A DNA stretch of 64,000 nt from Pseudomonadota bacterium (lineage in GTDB: Bacteria; Pseudomonadota; Gammaproteobacteria; JAKAQQ01): positions 1,422 through 65,421 of the forward strand of contig JAJZIH010000011.1 in assembly GCA_021810635.1 (NCBI GenBank), read 5' to 3'. Numbering within the stretch: the first letter of the stretch is position 1; each line of letters begins with the position of its first letter. Under the pieces are notes generated by a model. It was not told the origin of the DNA. It did not search any database and was given only the letters and a program-made list of their open reading frames with translations. Below, one piece after another: positions 63,032 through 64,000 of the stretch. The position numbers and the translations under genes are program-made.

Positions 63032-64000
63032 CTTCCGATTTATCCCCGCATTTGCTGGGACAGGGGCCGCTCTGGCCGATCGAAATCGTCCGGGGCCGCA
63101 ACGACCGGGTTTGGGATGCCGCCGGCCGGATGTTCTATGACTTCTATGGGGGTCATGCCGTGGCCCTCACGGGCCATGCCCACCCCCATATCCGGAAGGC
63201 CATCGGGCGGGAGATGCGGAAGCTCATTTTTTACTCCACCTCCACCCGACTGGAGGTCCGGGAGCGGGCCGCAGCCGCTCTCGCCGCGCGTCTCCCGTCC
63301 CGCCTCGGGCAGGTGTTTTTCAGCAACTCTGGAGCGGAAGCCAACGACAATGCCCTGAAGATTGCGCTCAAGGTGACGGGAAGAGGGCGTCTCATCGCGT
63401 TCCGGGGTTCTTTCCACGGACGGACCGCGCTCACCCTCTCGGTGACCGACGATGCCCGGCTCAATGCACCCTTTGCCCGATTTGCCCCGCAGGTCGACTG
63501 GCTCCCGTTCGCCGGTGACGCCGGATGGGATCGGGTCGATTTTCGTGAGTCCGCCGCCGTGATCCTGGAACCCATCCAGTCGATGGGAGGGGTCCATGTC
63601 GCCCCGGACGCCTGGCTCGGGGAACTCATCCAGCGCGCCCATGCGGCCGGGTGCCTCGTCATTTTTGACGAAATCCAGACCGGGCTCGGGAGAACGGGCA
63701 CTTGGTTCTGCGCCGGCGCGCCCGGACTCGCTCCGGACCTCGTGACCATGGCCAAGGGGCTGGCCTCCGGGATCCCGGTTGCCGCGACGGCCGTCACCCC
63801 GGAGATTGCCTCGGCACTGGACCCCCACGATCTCGGCAGCACCTTCGGGGGGGGGCCGGTTGCCATGGCGGCCCTGCTTGCGACCTTCGAGGTGCTGGAG
63901 CGGGAAAACTGTCTCTCCGCGGTCCGGCAGCTCAGCCAGAAACTGGTGACCGCCATCAACCGGCTGCCCGGGTGCACCGCGCTGGGACGCGGGTTTCTCC
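63028..64000 (+). CDS. argD: Acetylornithine aminotransferase (class III PLP aminotransferase), 3' end outside the window
   Basis: Own translation gives MPSDLSPHLLGQGPLWPIEIVRGRNDRVWDAAGRMFYDFYGGHAV...SNSGAEANDNALKIA...FDEIQTGLGRTG...TMAKGLASG (PLP Lys). The frame stays open to the window end. It is absent from the ORF track because it has no stop codon. Confidence 0.8.
   Translation, partial: MPSDLSPHLLGQGPLWPIEIVRGRNDRVWDAAGRMFYDFYGGHAVALTGHAHPHIRKAIGREMRKLIFYSTSTRLEVRERAAAALAARLPSRLGQVFFSNSGAEANDNALKIALKVTGRGRLIAFRGSFHGRTALTLSVTDDARLNAPFARFAPQVDWLPFAGDAGWDRVDFRESAAVILEPIQSMGGVHVAPDAWLGELIQRAHAAGCLVIFDEIQTGLGRTGTWFCAGAPGLAPDLVTMAKGLASGIPVAATAVTPEIASALDPHDLGSTFGGGPVAMAALLATFEVLERENCLSAVRQLSQKLVTAINRLPGCTALGRGFL

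Noticed and set aside
63040-63977. 262-aa and 248-aa minus-strand ORFs at the window end
   Set aside because: The plus strand here encodes a clear class-III aminotransferase (ArgD) that is missing from the ORF track only because it runs off the window without a stop.
1-64000. Search for CRISPR arrays, tRNA/rRNA genes and short tandem repeats
   Set aside because: The only long repeat is the IS pair. Intergenic gaps are short, with the largest at about 41425-41614 and 55274-55538. None shows cloverleaf-like tRNA features or regularly spaced direct repeats.

Overview
High-GC (by eye about 65%) proteobacterial chromosomal window, densely coding. Many genes are translationally coupled through 4-nt ATGA/GTGA start-stop overlaps. 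Gene order looks gammaproteobacteria-like: miaB-ybeZ-ybeY-corC-lnt, then leuS-lptE-holA-nadD-rsfS, and later bamD/rluD/pgeF.

Most of the window is housekeeping or catabolic:
- an SDR / ETF-QO / etfBA / acetoacetyl-CoA synthetase operon
- sat-cysC
- yhdP
- the giant NAD-glutamate dehydrogenase
- a 2-oxoacid dehydrogenase E1ab/E2 set
- a kynA-hppD-hmgA-fah-maiA aromatic catabolism operon
- sucCD, nadE, and argR/argD

The one clearly accessory segment is 22474..26303. Two apparently identical, directly repeated 1,134-bp IS630-like elements sit immediately after rsfS, and both carry the same decayed transposase gene. They bracket a 1,562-bp AT-richer cargo encoding a HigB-like toxin, an XRE-HTH antitoxin with a long C-terminal tail, and a SecB-like chaperone. 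This is a tripartite toxin-antitoxin-chaperone (TAC) module and is my top candidate for the system of interest.

The second focus is a type IV pilus locus at 6.3-10.4 kb. It has two tandem pilin paralogues, each with a near-identical sigma54 -24/-12 promoter. Three TGAC-N7-GTCA palindromes lie between them, phased exactly 20 bp apart. Downstream are a coupled ICMT-family methyltransferase and a TMTC/PMT-like GT-C membrane protein with a TPR tail. The cognate-looking pilS-pilR pair lies at 52.3-55.3 kb.

Other notable items are a 1,418-aa multi-GAF/GGDEF/EAL protein with degenerate motifs and a CZB-like C-terminus, a highly diverged FadE-like protein, and an AT-rich argR/argD control region with ARG-box-like repeats.

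I found no rRNA, tRNA or CRISPR array. All calls come from reading the translations and DNA by eye. Start codons are inferred and nothing was searched against databases.
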